Assembly: GCA_963667495.1 (NCBI GenBank)
Contig: OY763426.1
Location: forward strand, 1,923,615-1,987,614
Source: Candidatus Binatia bacterium
Lineage (GTDB): Bacteria; Desulfobacterota; Binatia; Bin18
DNA: 64,000 nt
Direction of reading: 5' to 3'
Part shown: positions 29,246 through 39,093 of the stretch, piece after piece
Numbering within the stretch: position 1 is the first letter of the stretch
Layout: each line of letters opens with the position of its first letter
Notes under the pieces: generated by a model
What the model saw: only the letters and a program-made list of their open reading frames with translations
What the model was told of the DNA's origin: nothing
Database searches by the model: none
Translations under genes and position numbers: made by a program

Positions 29246-29830
29246 CTATATCGCTTCTCTCTCCGAAGAAGAGACGCCGGTTGGTCCATCGGCCTTCAAT
29301 CCTTGACCATTCTGCCCATCGATTGTGGCCAGGAATTCCTCAAGCCAATAAATTTCCCCTTTCAAATACGCCAATCCATGCGCAATAATCTGGGCTTGCG
29401 GGAGCGTTACACCCTGCTCATTCCAGTAGGCCTGCTGCTCGGTGACCCAGGCCAGCCGCATGCGAGTCCATTCAAGTTGGCTCTGGAGTGCCTCACGCAG
29501 CTCTGAGTTGTCAAGCAGATGACCAAAGGCGAGCGCGGCGTTCAAGGGGTCAAAGACTTTGGTTCGCTCCTTGGTGTCGAACAGTTGGCGGCGCAACTCA
29601 ACCCGTAAATAGTCGTGGCCGGCCGGCGTGATTTGGTAGACCTGCCGGGCCGGATAGTTGCCCTTTTGCTCGACTTTGGTCTTTTCCACATAACCGGCCT
29701 GTTCAAGCTGCCCGAGGTTATAGTAGAGCGAGCCACCACTCAGGTTGATATACTTGGCGTACAGCCGGTGCTCGACTTCCTGCCGTAGTTCATAACCATG
29801 AAACGGCTTCTCGGATAACAGCCCTAAGAT
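29246..29830 (-). CDS. PadR-family transcriptional regulator (start codon uncertain)
   Basis: The translation upstream of the listed ORF continues ...VQLVILGLLSEKPFHGYELRQEVEHRLYAKYINLSGGSLYYNLGQLEQAGYV, the PadR winged-helix N-terminus. No in-frame ATG there; an ATT or other non-ATG start is inferred. Confidence 0.7.
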   Translation of the reverse strand: MLGLLSEKPFHGYELRQEVEHRLYAKYINLSGGSLYYNLGQLEQAGYVEKTKVEQKGNYPARQVYQITPAGHDYLRVELRRQLFDTKERTKVFDPLNAALAFGHLLDNSELREALQSQLEWTRMRLAWVTEQQAYWNEQGVTLPQAQIIAHGLAYLKGEIYWLEEFLATIDGQNGQGLKADGPTGVSSSEREAI

Positions 29831-29981
29831 GACGAGTTGAACGCTAATGCCGCACCCCCATAAACTAATTTAATCAGACTAGTTAAAGGAAGTGGAGATT
29901 CAAGTCAAGAGGTTTGTCATTCTTTTTTCGATGATGAAAAATTTTTATCTTTAATAAAAAGTCGAGTTGACTCCTTCAGGA

Positions 29982-30692
29982 TCAATCAGCATCAATAATG
30001 CCACGCCCTCGCAACAGATTGAGAATAATATCCAAGCTGTGCTCGCGCAGATGAATCTTGAGCTGATCGTAGAGGGTAAAATTGGTCAGGCGGAGAAAGG
30101 GGCGGCCGTGAACAAAGTCAATAATGTTGATACAGCCGAAGTCCTGCTCGATATTAAAAATCCTTCCCTGTGTGACCCCTGTGGCATGGGCCAAAAAAGC
30201 GTTGTTCACGCCCCCATGCGCAACCAGGAGAACGGTCTGCCAATCATCTTTGGCCAAGAGGGTTTGTAGGAGTCGCCCGGCACGGGCATAGACCTGGCGA
30301 AAACTCTCTCCGCCCAGGTAGGATTCGTCCCAGTCAGAATCCGTATTTTTAAAGAACTCCTGAATCTCCTTGAATATGTCGGTCAGGCTTTTTTGGGCCA
30401 GGACCGTATCACTCGGGATGATCTCGCTCAGCTCCGGCGCCACCTGAATGTCCAACTCTTTTTCTGTGGCGATGATCTGGGCGGTTTCATACGCCCGCTC
30501 AAGCGGACTGGCGTAAATCGCATCAAGCGGCACCCCCCGAAAGAGCAACGCGACCGCGGCGGTCTGCTCTTGCCCGCGTTCGGTCAGTGCCCCGTTCCCC
30601 AGCGCCCCTTCGTTTGCCACCCGTTGATACAGGGTTTCCCCATGACGCATCAGGTAGATGCGGCGCCCGTCCATCAGTCCTCTTTCCATGTT
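29982..30692 (-). CDS. histidine phosphatase family protein (phosphoglycerate-mutase-like)
   Basis: RHGE catalytic motif (IYLMRHGETL) and a second His block VAHGG. Confidence 0.8.
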   Translation of the reverse strand, partial: NMERGLMDGRRIYLMRHGETLYQRVANEGALGNGALTERGQEQTAAVALLFRGVPLDAIYASPLERAYETAQIIATEKELDIQVAPELSEIIPSDTVLAQKSLTDIFKEIQEFFKNTDSDWDESYLGGESFRQVYARAGRLLQTLLAKDDWQTVLLVAHGGVNNAFLAHATGVTQGRIFNIEQDFGCINIIDFVHGRPFLRLTNFTLYDQLKIHLREHSLDIILNLLRGRGIIDAD

Positions 30693-31506
30693 ATTTCTTG
30701 GCAAACGGCTTATCGCGATCACGTAGGGCTTCTTTGAGCCCGCGTTCCATCATTTTCTTGACCTCATTTTTGACCGTTTTGGTCTGGTGGGCAATCACGT
30801 CAAATTCCGTTGCCGACTGTTCAGCCGCATACAGGCCCATGGCTTCGAAAAAGCGATTGGTCGCCGCCTTATGGAGCGTCAGCAGGTCAACCGGAACCGC
30901 GGCAACGCGGCGGGCGTAACGCAGTACCTCGTCCTCCAGTTGCTGTTTCGGGTAGACGTTGTTAATCAGGCCGTTTTCCAGCGCTTCCGCTGCGGTCATG
31001 GAATCTCCGGTAAAGAGGAACTCTTTGGTCTTGCGCATCCCCATCAGATAGGGCCACATGGCCAGCGACGGGAGTACCCCGAGCGAACGTCCGGCCGGGT
31101 GGCCGAACTGGGCATCGTCGGCCGCAAAGACCAGATCACAATGTCCGACAAACTCCGTCGCTCCGGCCAAACAATAACCGTGAACCTGCGCAATAGTTGG
31201 TTTGGGCAGGTTCCACAGACGCTGCCAGCGGGCGACGAGCTTGCGCAATCCCCAGCGGTCGCTGGTGACACTGAAGCCTCCACCCGGTCCTGAAACCGGC
31301 TGGAGATCATAGCCCGCACAGAAGGCCCGCCCGGCCCCACGAATAATCAGGACACTGGCATCATTGTCCGCTTCAAACTCGTCCAGGGCCGTGTCCAACT
31401 CGGACAAGAGTTGGCGGCTCATCGCGTTCAGTTTCTCCGGGCGATTCAGCGTCACGCGGACGATTTTGTCTTCAACCTGTTCGTAGATAATGGCCTCGTA
31501 TCCCAT
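30691..31506 (-). CDS. enoyl-CoA hydratase/isomerase (crotonase) family protein
   Basis: GRAFCAGYDL oxyanion-hole motif. The start is the ATG preceded by GGAAAGGAGAG at ~31506. Confidence 0.85.
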   Translation of the reverse strand: MGYEAIIYEQVEDKIVRVTLNRPEKLNAMSRQLLSELDTALDEFEADNDASVLIIRGAGRAFCAGYDLQPVSGPGGGFSVTSDRWGLRKLVARWQRLWNLPKPTIAQVHGYCLAGATEFVGHCDLVFAADDAQFGHPAGRSLGVLPSLAMWPYLMGMRKTKEFLFTGDSMTAAEALENGLINNVYPKQQLEDEVLRYARRVAAVPVDLLTLHKAATNRFFEAMGLYAAEQSATEFDVIAHQTKTVKNEVKKMMERGLKEALRDRDKPFAKK

Positions 31507-31710
31507 AGTGGGCTCTCCTTTCCCTGCTGGCTGCTGGTAGAGAGAATAGAAGGTCTGGCTTACCACAGGCGACCATGAGTGCATAGAGACAAATGGCTGG
31601 TCAGCTTCACCTGCCAGCAATCATCCTTGTTCCGTATTCTTCTTCTGCGTACAGTCGCAGTACAGATGCGAGCGTAATCGTGTTCTGTTGTTCCGCAGCC
31701 GGAGGTCCCC

Positions 31711-32787
31711 ATGTCAACGGATGTAACCGCACTCCTCAGCAGCGCTGTCCGATCAGGCGCTTCTGACATCCATCTCAGCAGTGGCGCACCGCCCATGATT
31801 CGGCTCGACGGGGTCATGAAACGGCTTGATCAGACCCCGCTGTCCCGGGATGAGGTCCATACCCTGGTGTACGACATTATGGATGAGGAGCAGCGGAAGG
31901 CGTTTGAGGAGAGTCTCGAACTCGACTTCTCCTATGACCTGGGTGATGTGGGGCGCTTTCGGGTGAATGTCTTTATGCAGCAACGCGGTGAGGGTGCGGT
32001 GTTGCGGGCCATTCCAACGGTGATTGCCTCGTTCGAGGAACTCGGGCTGCCACCGATTCTCAGCCAACTGTGTGCACGGAGAAAGGGGCTGGTCCTGGTG
32101 ACCGGTCCAAGCGGCTGTGGAAAATCGACCACCCTGGCCGCCATGGTCAACCACCTCAACAAGACCGTCGACGGTCACATCGTCACGATCGAAGACCCCA
32201 TCGAGTTCACCCACCAGTCCAGGAAATGCCTCGTCAACCAGCGTGAACTCGGTGTCCATACCCATTCGTTTGCCAAGGCGCTACGGGCGGTATTACGCGA
32301 AGACCCCGACATTATTCTGATTGGTGAAATGCGCGACCTGGAAACCATCCAACTCGCTCTCACGGCCGCAGAGACCGGCCACCTTGTTTTGAGCACCTTA
32401 CACGCGCCCGGCGCAGCGCAGACCGTTGACCGGATCATTGACGTCTTTCCAGCCGCCCAACAGGCCCAGATTCGGACCCAGTTCGCCGACGCGATTGAAG
32501 CCATCATCACCCAGACTTTGTGTCAAAAGAAAGGCGGGGGGCGAGTCGCGGCCCTGGAAATTCTGGTGGGCAGCCCGGCAGTCCGCACGCTGATCCGCGA
32601 GGGCAAGGGGCACCAAATTCTCTCAGCCCTCCAGGTCGGCCAAAAGGATGGGATGCAGACCATGGACAGGGCGCTTTCTGACCTCGCCACGCGAGGGCTT
32701 ATTACGCAGCAAGAAGCGCAAGCCAAGAGCCCGACCCCGAACCTCTCTGGTCAGGCTGGTCGGGCACTCCTACGCGCGCCGGGCTAA
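31711..32787 (+). CDS. pilT: type IV pilus twitching-motility ATPase PilT
   Basis: Walker A GPSGCGKST, Asp/His boxes and the PilT-specific AIRNLIRE-like motif (AVRTLIREGK). Confidence 0.9.
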   Translation: MSTDVTALLSSAVRSGASDIHLSSGAPPMIRLDGVMKRLDQTPLSRDEVHTLVYDIMDEEQRKAFEESLELDFSYDLGDVGRFRVNVFMQQRGEGAVLRAIPTVIASFEELGLPPILSQLCARRKGLVLVTGPSGCGKSTTLAAMVNHLNKTVDGHIVTIEDPIEFTHQSRKCLVNQRELGVHTHSFAKALRAVLREDPDIILIGEMRDLETIQLALTAAETGHLVLSTLHAPGAAQTVDRIIDVFPAAQQAQIRTQFADAIEAIITQTLCQKKGGGRVAALEILVGSPAVRTLIREGKGHQILSALQVGQKDGMQTMDRALSDLATRGLITQQEAQAKSPTPNLSGQAGRALLRAPG

Positions 32788-33053
32788 GTATCACGCTGAG
32801 CTCGAAGTGGAAAACGATCGGGATGGCGAATGGTTTCCACCCCGAGATCAACGTCTAACTCGGGCCAATAAAAGTGACCGGGAGTTGGTTCCCTCACGTT
32901 CAGGATTTTCCCCACGGCAACATCTTTGAACCATGGAAAATCCTCATAAGAGAGGAAAAACTCCTCTTCGCCAGCGAGCAACCAGACGCCGTGCGCAGAG
33001 ATACTCGTAATCTCAACTTCCGAAGTGCTCATGCCAAGCGGCTCGGAACTCAT
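32784..33053 (-). CDS. DUF2442 domain protein
   Basis: About 89 aa, pattern similar to the 34.0-kb DUF2442 gene. Recalled family consensus. Confidence 0.5.
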   Translation of the reverse strand: MSSEPLGMSTSEVEITSISAHGVWLLAGEEEFFLSYEDFPWFKDVAVGKILNVREPTPGHFYWPELDVDLGVETIRHPDRFPLRAQRDT

Positions 33054-33264
33054 TTTTTAGCAGGGATATAGAGTTCTATGCATTAACACCAAAGCGGTGT
33101 AGTCGTTCATCGCTAACATAGAATTAAGCAGTCGGCGTAAAACTGAACACGCGTGAATGTTTCGTCCGTTTTCTCTTGCTCATTTACGTTTCCGCTTGAA
33201 CCCAGGTTCCCATTTTTCGGGGTCGGGTAAGTAGGCTGTAATCAGCACCGCTGGACTTGTCTGG

Positions 33265-33720
33265 TTAGCTACTGCTTCTATCGAACTCTAGCCGGCCTGC
33301 CTGTTGATAGAGTTCGGCCAAAGCCTCTTCGGCTTTTTCATACATACCTTGCAGTGTTCTGTCTTTCCTTATCAGTGGATGGCTACCAAGAAATTGATAG
33401 ATATAATCCAATGCGACAGACGCTCGGTCCATGAGTTCGAAGTAATGTCCATCGTTTATTGCCTCGTCCGTATCGTCGGGGAAAAGGGTTGATCCTTCGC
33501 CCGTTTCTTTTACTTCAAGTATCGGACAACGGAACGCATGGAGAAAATACCTTATGTCTTCTCGCAGTTCCTCGGCCGTTTCACCCATAGGCGCAACTGG
33601 TTCTTGTGTCCAACCTTCTATGCCGCCGTCCTCCCGGTAATACACCTCGTGGACATGATAGGTCACCGAGTCTGTTTCGGTGTGATGGTTCCTGATTACT
33701 CTGTAATTCCAGTGTGGCAT
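33265..33720 (-). CDS. hypothetical protein in AT-richer islet
   Basis: 151-aa ORF with a reasonable codon pattern and no recognisable motif. Confidence 0.4.
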   Translation of the reverse strand: MPHWNYRVIRNHHTETDSVTYHVHEVYYREDGGIEGWTQEPVAPMGETAEELREDIRYFLHAFRCPILEVKETGEGSTLFPDDTDEAINDGHYFELMDRASVALDYIYQFLGSHPLIRKDRTLQGMYEKAEEALAELYQQAGRLEFDRSSS

Positions 33721-33739
33721 TTCTTTTCAACTAATGCTC

Positions 33740-34010
33740 AAGCCCAGCCGCCGCGTTAGCGGTCGGCTGAAGCGTCTTTTGGGGCATCAGGCTAGAGCAA
33801 TTTACGCTTCCGTATAGCCAGCCGTTCCCTTCCGTAGGGTGCCTCCCATGCACCAGCCTCCTGGTGCGCAGGGCGCACCCTACGAGAGCCCGAGCCGAGC
33901 GCGGACTGGCACGGCTACAACTTAGCGTAAACCGGACTAGTGACCAGAGCCGCTTCTGCGGTGCAACTCCAAACCCAGGGCGCCAGTGACCTTCAGGATT
34001 GTGTAGCGGC
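33740..34010. other. noncoding segment with nested perfect hairpins and imperfect terminal inverted repeats (candidate structured RNA or miniature element)
   Basis: GTAGGGTGC..[GCACCAGCCTCCTGGTGC]..GCACCCTAC nested hairpin. Flanking CTAG..TTTACGCT..ATAGCC and GGCTAC..AGCGTAAA..CTAG inverted arms. CTGAAGYGYTTT direct repeats at both ends. Confidence 0.3.
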
Positions 34011-34011
34011 A

Positions 34012-34269
34012 TCAGCCGTCCGCTGAAGTGCTTTGTTGTACAATGTCGCACTTGTCGTACACAAACTCAGGGTCAAGGTCAGCACCACACTCCCAGGTAA
34101 TTGTGTCAAAAGAGACATGGGCGGTTTCGAAAATTCTTGAGTCTCGTATTTTTTGAAAAACCCCAAAGCTCAAGTAAGGCTTCATATCCAGCAATCCGCT
34201 CTCTCCATTATCGAAAGCTACTGATAGGATATAATCCTCTTTACACGCAACAGATGTTATAGCAGGGGG
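34012..34269 (-). CDS. DUF2442 domain protein
   Basis: About 85 aa from the internal Met. Immediately downstream of a DUF4160 gene, the canonical pairing. Confidence 0.6.
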   Translation of the reverse strand, partial: PPAITSVACKEDYILSVAFDNGESGLLDMKPYLSFGVFQKIRDSRIFETAHVSFDTITWECGADLDPEFVYDKCDIVQQSTSADG

Positions 34270-34282
34270 CATCAAATTATCC

Positions 34283-34564
34283 TTATTGTAGTGGCTGAAT
34301 CTTAAACGGTTCTTCCCCATTCAGGACGAGCTCCCAATCTGCCATGAGCTCTTCTTGGTGAAGCTCTGCCCACGCCAAAACTAACTTCGTCTGCCTTCTT
34401 GGCAGCGTGCTATCAATAATCTCACAAGTGCGAATATCGACCCTTGCCTTATGTTCAGCATAGTAGACATGAAAGTGAGGCGGAGGGTGCTCGCCAGGTG
34501 CAAAATACATCCTGATGATAATGCCATAAAACATCGATATGGTTGGCATTCCGAAATTCCTCAT
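34283..34564 (-). CDS. DUF4160 domain protein
   Basis: ISMFYGIIIRMYFAPGEHPPPHFHVYY matches the DUF4160 hallmark (IyMYyeDHnPPHfHa). Confidence 0.7.
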   Translation of the reverse strand: MRNFGMPTISMFYGIIIRMYFAPGEHPPPHFHVYYAEHKARVDIRTCEIIDSTLPRRQTKLVLAWAELHQEELMADWELVLNGEEPFKIQPLQ

Positions 34565-34682
34565 TATGCAACTATTGAAAGCACAATCCCCGGTACCGTG
34601 ACTAGCGTAAGCATATACTTGCGTATTGCAATTTTTGCTTCATCTGTCAGTTGAGTTTTCTCGCTCATGCCATTCCCCGCTT

Positions 34683-35393
34683 TCAAACTTGGTGAACTGT
34701 ACCAACTGGTGGTGTCTTGAGCACTGCCTGGGCAAGAGCCAGGTCGTCCGGGGTCGTGATCTTGAAATTGAGCACGTCGCCGGGAACGATACGGACGGGC
34801 CGGCCCATTTGCTCAACCAGGGTGGCATCATCCGTTCCCGCGATGCCCCGCTGCCGCGCCCAGCGGTGGGCTGCTCGGATCACTCCGACCCGGAACGTCT
34901 GGGGTGTTTGCGCCAGCCACAAATCATGCCGGGAGACCGTCTCACGGATCGTGTGCTGCGCATCGGCGCGCTTAATGGTGTCGCGGACCGGGGTTGCCAC
35001 AACCGCGCTGCCCGTTTCGGCAGCCGCGTCAATACTGCGTTGAATTGCCTCAACGCTGATGAACGGCCGGGCCGCGTCATGAATCACCACAACCTCACAC
35101 TGGGTCTCAAGCGCAGCCAAACCGTTCCGGACCGAATCCTGCCGTTCCGCCCCCCCGTGGATAACGGTAATCGGCTGTGGCCAGGGGCCGTGCGTGTGGA
35201 GTACCTCCTGGCAAAGAGTCTCGCGCTCGGCAGCAACCACCACAACTATGCGCCGGACCATCTCAATGGGGGTAAAACGCCGCAGGGTATGCACGAGAAT
35301 CGGTCTGCCGACAACAGACAGAAAAGGTTTCGGCAACCCGCTTTGCAGCCGCGTGCCTTTTCCCGCGGCGACAATGACAACATTGACGTGCAT
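34683..35393 (-). CDS. ispD: 2-C-methyl-D-erythritol 4-phosphate cytidylyltransferase
   Basis: VIVAAGKGTRLQSGLPKPF N-terminus, VHDAARPF and TPDDLALA motifs. Confidence 0.9.
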   Translation of the reverse strand: MHVNVVIVAAGKGTRLQSGLPKPFLSVVGRPILVHTLRRFTPIEMVRRIVVVVAAERETLCQEVLHTHGPWPQPITVIHGGAERQDSVRNGLAALETQCEVVVIHDAARPFISVEAIQRSIDAAAETGSAVVATPVRDTIKRADAQHTIRETVSRHDLWLAQTPQTFRVGVIRAAHRWARQRGIAGTDDATLVEQMGRPVRIVPGDVLNFKITTPDDLALAQAVLKTPPVGTVHQV

Positions 35394-35400
35394 GCGCTGC

Positions 35401-35837
35401 CTACTCCGGTGGCACGGCTTCAGTCAGATGCTCAACCAGAATGACCTCGCCATGCCCGATTGAGGACCCGACAAATCCGGCAGCACGTGCGAGAGCATAT
35501 TTTGAGCGAAATAAGTCGTGGACTTTTTCGCTTTCAGCCGTGTCTGTCACGAACTGCGCCTTTCCGGTGAGGGTGAGTTGACCGATTTTCAATTGCATCT
35601 GTGGGCTTTTTTGCAGGTTGCGATACCAATGGGTTTTCCCGTCTTTTCCGGATTGGATATACAAAGCACCCTGGTCGTAGACAAACCAAATCGGTGTCGT
35701 ACGGGGCTTGCCACTCTTGCGTCCTATGGTTGTGATTTCGAGCGTTGACTCGTTGGCGACCTGGGCCAGGGCGTCCTGAAGTCTGCTCTCCTGGGCATGG
35801 CTGGACGTTCCTATGCATATGCTCACAAAAAGGAGCA
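35401..35837 (-). CDS. secreted nitroreductase-family deazaflavin-dependent oxidoreductase-like (DUF385/PNPOx-like) protein
   Basis: Signal peptide, then an ITTIGRKSGKPRTTPIWFVYD...YIQSGKDGKTHWYRNL pattern typical of DUF385 split-barrel proteins. The start is set at the internal Met before the signal peptide. Confidence 0.5.
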
Positions 35838-36040
35838 TGAGCCCGGTCCAGTGACGTTTCCGTACTGTAAAGAGGAAACGTGTCGGCTTCTGTATGGCTG
35901 TTGGAGGACACGTTACCTCTTTGTCACATTGTGTCATGTTCACCTCCCCCCTCTCTATACAACAACACGATCTATAGTTTCTCAGCGCAAGGATCTATGG
36001 TAGCGTATCTGTATCCTGGACTGACGAGGAGGAAGCCGCG

Positions 36041-36379
36041 ATGGCCACCCAGTACCATTTCCGTGTCGCGAACGAAAGCATCGAGGTGCAGACGGGCACC
36101 CACGCGTCCCCGAACATTACCATCACCATGCAGGAGAGTGATTACCTGGATATGGTCAACGGCAAACTCAACGGCCAAATGGCCTTCATGACCGGCAAGC
36201 TGAAAATTGCCGGAGATATGGGCTTGGCGCTCAAGCTCCAAAACCTCTTTTCGCCGCCGGAGGCCGACAGCCCGCCGATGGAAACCGTCCAGCAAGTCAT
36301 TGACGGCACGCCGGAGGGGTTCAACGCTGAGGCGGCCAAGGGTATGGACGCCGTCTTTCAGTTTGATCTGACTGACTGA
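36041..36379 (+). CDS. SCP-2 sterol-transfer-family protein
   Basis: [29 protein letters not shown]2 signature. Confidence 0.7.
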   Translation: MATQYHFRVANESIEVQTGTHASPNITITMQESDYLDMVNGKLNGQMAFMTGKLKIAGDMGLALKLQNLFSPPEADSPPMETVQQVIDGTPEGFNAEAAKGMDAVFQFDLTD

Positions 36380-36491
36380 ACACTCGGATTTTTCACATCC
36401 AGGGAGGAGGGACTCTTCTCTCTGGGCTCCCCATCGTTTCACCAGCATGCCCCGTTGCTGGTAACGGCTGTATGCTCCCGTAGGAACCCGC

Positions 36492-37673
36492 ATGTCAAAA
36501 CGGACTGTTATCGGCCTGATGTCCGGCACGTCTCATGATGGGATTGATGCCGTGCTGGTTGATATTGCCCGCGTGCGGGGTCGCTTCCGCATTCAACAAC
36601 GGGCATTCCGCTCATTCCCGTACTCCCGACCGGTGAGAGCCCGTCTCTTGAGGGTCAGTCAGGGAGCCCGGATTGATGCCGGTGAGGTCTCACAAGTCAA
36701 TGTGCTCCTCGGCGAGTTGTTTGCCCGGGCGGTGCGCAAGCTGTGCGAACGCGCAGCCGTCTCCTGGGAGCAGGTCGATGCCATCGGCTCCCACGGACAT
36801 ACTGTTTATCACAACCCCCACCAACGACCCGGACCAGGTTCAACCCTCCAGGTCGGAGAACCTGCCGTCATTGCGCAGCGGACTGGCATTACGACGATAG
36901 CCGACTTTCGGCCGGCAGACGTGGCGCTGGGCGGAGAGGGGGCGCCGCTCGTTCCCTATGTGCATGCGTTTCTGTTTCAACAGCCCAGCCGTGCGGTCGC
37001 CGTGCATAATATCGGCGGGATTGCCAACCTCACCTACCTGCCGCCCCGTTCCGCAAAACAAGATCTGCTGGCCTTTGATACCGGCCCTGGGAATATGTTG
37101 ATCGACACTGTTGTCCATACGGTTACTCAGGGCAAGCAGTGGTACGACCGGAACGGCCGGATGGCCAAAGCCGGGAGCGTGCACGCACGTTTCCTGGACG
37201 AACTGCTCCGGCATCGGTATTTTGCCCGGCGTCCGCCCAAGTCGACCGGCAGGGAAGAATTCGGTGCGCCGTTTGCCGAGCGGTTTCTCAAACGCGCGGC
37301 CCAACTCAAGCTATCCCCCAACGACCAAGTGGCGACGGCAAGCGCTGTTACCGCTACGAGCATGGCTCGCGCGTATCACGACTTTATCCTGCCGCACGGC
37401 CCGCTCGCTGAGGTCTACCTCACCGGTGGTGGAGCACTCAACCCGACTCTGCGAGCGCAGTTCGCTCAGGCCCTGCCGGCTGTCCGCGTCCGACTGCTTG
37501 AAGAGACCGGCTATGAGAGCCAGTCGTTGGAAGCCTTGGCGTTTGCCGTTCTCGCCTATGCGACCGTGTACGGCCTGCCCTCGAACGTGCCGAGTGCAAC
37601 CGGCGCGCGGCTGCCGGCTGTTCTTGGAAAAATCATTCCTGGTAAGAACTACCGTGATGTGCGGTTGCGCTAA
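36492..37673 (+). CDS. anmK: anhydro-N-acetylmuramic acid kinase
   Basis: GLMSGTSHDGIDAVLV N-terminus and an ASKHA fold, about 390 aa. Confidence 0.88.
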   Translation: MSKRTVIGLMSGTSHDGIDAVLVDIARVRGRFRIQQRAFRSFPYSRPVRARLLRVSQGARIDAGEVSQVNVLLGELFARAVRKLCERAAVSWEQVDAIGSHGHTVYHNPHQRPGPGSTLQVGEPAVIAQRTGITTIADFRPADVALGGEGAPLVPYVHAFLFQQPSRAVAVHNIGGIANLTYLPPRSAKQDLLAFDTGPGNMLIDTVVHTVTQGKQWYDRNGRMAKAGSVHARFLDELLRHRYFARRPPKSTGREEFGAPFAERFLKRAAQLKLSPNDQVATASAVTATSMARAYHDFILPHGPLAEVYLTGGGALNPTLRAQFAQALPAVRVRLLEETGYESQSLEALAFAVLAYATVYGLPSNVPSATGARLPAVLGKIIPGKNYRDVRLR

Positions 37674-37699
37674 CAGAGAGGACAACAATATGGCAAAGC

Positions 37700-38763
37700 A
37701 TGTTGTGGTGATTCCCGGTGATGATGCGGCACCCGAGGCAATGGCGCCAACGGTTGAAATCCTGAAAAACTTTGCGCTGGACCTGCGCTTCACCGAGTTT
37801 TCATCAGGTGAAGAGGGAGTGAAGCAGTACGGCTCACGGAAGGAATTTGAGAGCGCGCTGCGTGCGGCGATAGACCAATCGGACTCGACCCTCTTTGGCT
37901 CGACTAATGGCACAACCGGCGGGATCGGCTATCTCCGCTGGGGAAAGCAGACGTATGCCAATGTCCGCCCGGCCCGCTGGCGGCCAGGATTTCGGAGCCC
38001 GCTCAAAAACCCGGAAGCCATTGATTTTGTTGTGGTCCGAGAAAACCTGGAAGACCTGTATATGGGGGTTGAGGGCGACCTGAATACGCTTGCGCCGCTC
38101 GGCTTGACGAGTGCGATTACGCGTCAACCGCTCGATACCACAGCGCCGGGCCTGTTTGCCATTAAAGCGATTACCGAGCACGGCTCCCGCCGCATCGCCC
38201 GCTTCGCCTTCGAACTGGCGCGCAAGCGCAAGGCCCAGGGTGGCAAGGGGCTCGTCACCTGTACCAGCAAGTATAATATGCTGCGGAAAAGTGACGGGCT
38301 ATTCCGTGAAGTTGTCGAAGCAACGGCCAAAGAATATCCCGACCTGGGCTATGAGCAATACATTGTCGATGATTTTGCGCGGCGTCTCGTCGCCAGCCCG
38401 TCGCAATTTGACGTCGTTGTCATGCCGAACTTGTACGGTGATATTCTATCCGATGTTGCTGCCGGTACCATTGGTGGCCTCGGACTCGCACCGAGCGGGT
38501 GCTACGGCGACACCTATGCCTATTTTGAGTCCGTCCATGGCTCCGCACCTGATATTGCCGGCCAGAACATTATCAATCCGACCGCAACATTGCTCTCCGC
38601 GGCGCTGCTGCTCGACTATCTCGGCTGGACTGATGAGGCCCGACGCCTTGAGGACGCAATCGCACGGGTGTACGCCGGCGGCGAGACCCTTCCGCCTGAC
38701 CAAGGCGGGTCCGCCTCAACAACGGCGTTCTGTGCGGCGGTCCGGAACGTACTCTTTGGCTAA
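37700..38763 (+). CDS. isocitrate/isopropylmalate dehydrogenase family protein (LeuB / tartrate dehydrogenase-like)
   Basis: NLYGDILSDVAAGTIGGLGLAPS signature. The real start is at ATG ~37700 after AGAGAGGA. The listed 550-aa ORF is an upstream over-extension overlapping anmK. Confidence 0.85.
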
Positions 38764-38771
38764 AAGATTTG

Positions 38772-38948
38772 ACACCGCTCAGGCGCCGCTCTGGCTCACG
38801 GCCCGCGCAACGCGGGCTTAATTGGGTTATTTTATACCGCTCAAGCGCCGCTCTGGCTCACGGCCCGCGCAACGCGGGCTTAGGATTGTTGTACCCCGCT
38901 CAAGCGCCGCTCGGGCTCACGGCCCGCGCAACGCGGGCTTAAAGAAAA
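38772..38948. repeat. three tandem copies of a ~47-nt core plus 10-15 nt variable unit, each with a perfect GCCCGCG-CAA-CGCGGGC stem-loop
   Basis: ACCGCTCARGCGCCGCTCTGGCTCACGGCCCGCGCAACGCGGGCTTA repeated three times between the convergent dehydrogenase and rpoD operons. Confidence 0.8.
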
Positions 38949-39093
38949 TCAGTACTGAGCGGGAAAGATGGCGCCCGAATTTTGTCAATCCACATACACT
39001 GGCTCTTACGACCCCTTCGACCAAGCTCAGGGCGGGTCCTTCCCCTCCGTTCGTACTGAGCGTAGCCCCCAGAGGGGCGAAGTCGAAGTAGGC

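Noticed and set aside
33060-33260. tRNA or attachment site at the left border of the AT-rich islet
   Set aside because: No tRNA-like sequence identified. Integrase absent.
37111-37699. 5' extension of the 550-aa ORF overlapping anmK
   Set aside because: Out-of-frame read-through of anmK. The dehydrogenase has a clean RBS and ATG at ~37700.
38772-38948. CRISPR array
   Set aside because: Only three repeats. Spacers are 10-15 nt, too short. The repeat is a simple terminator-like hairpin. No cas genes.
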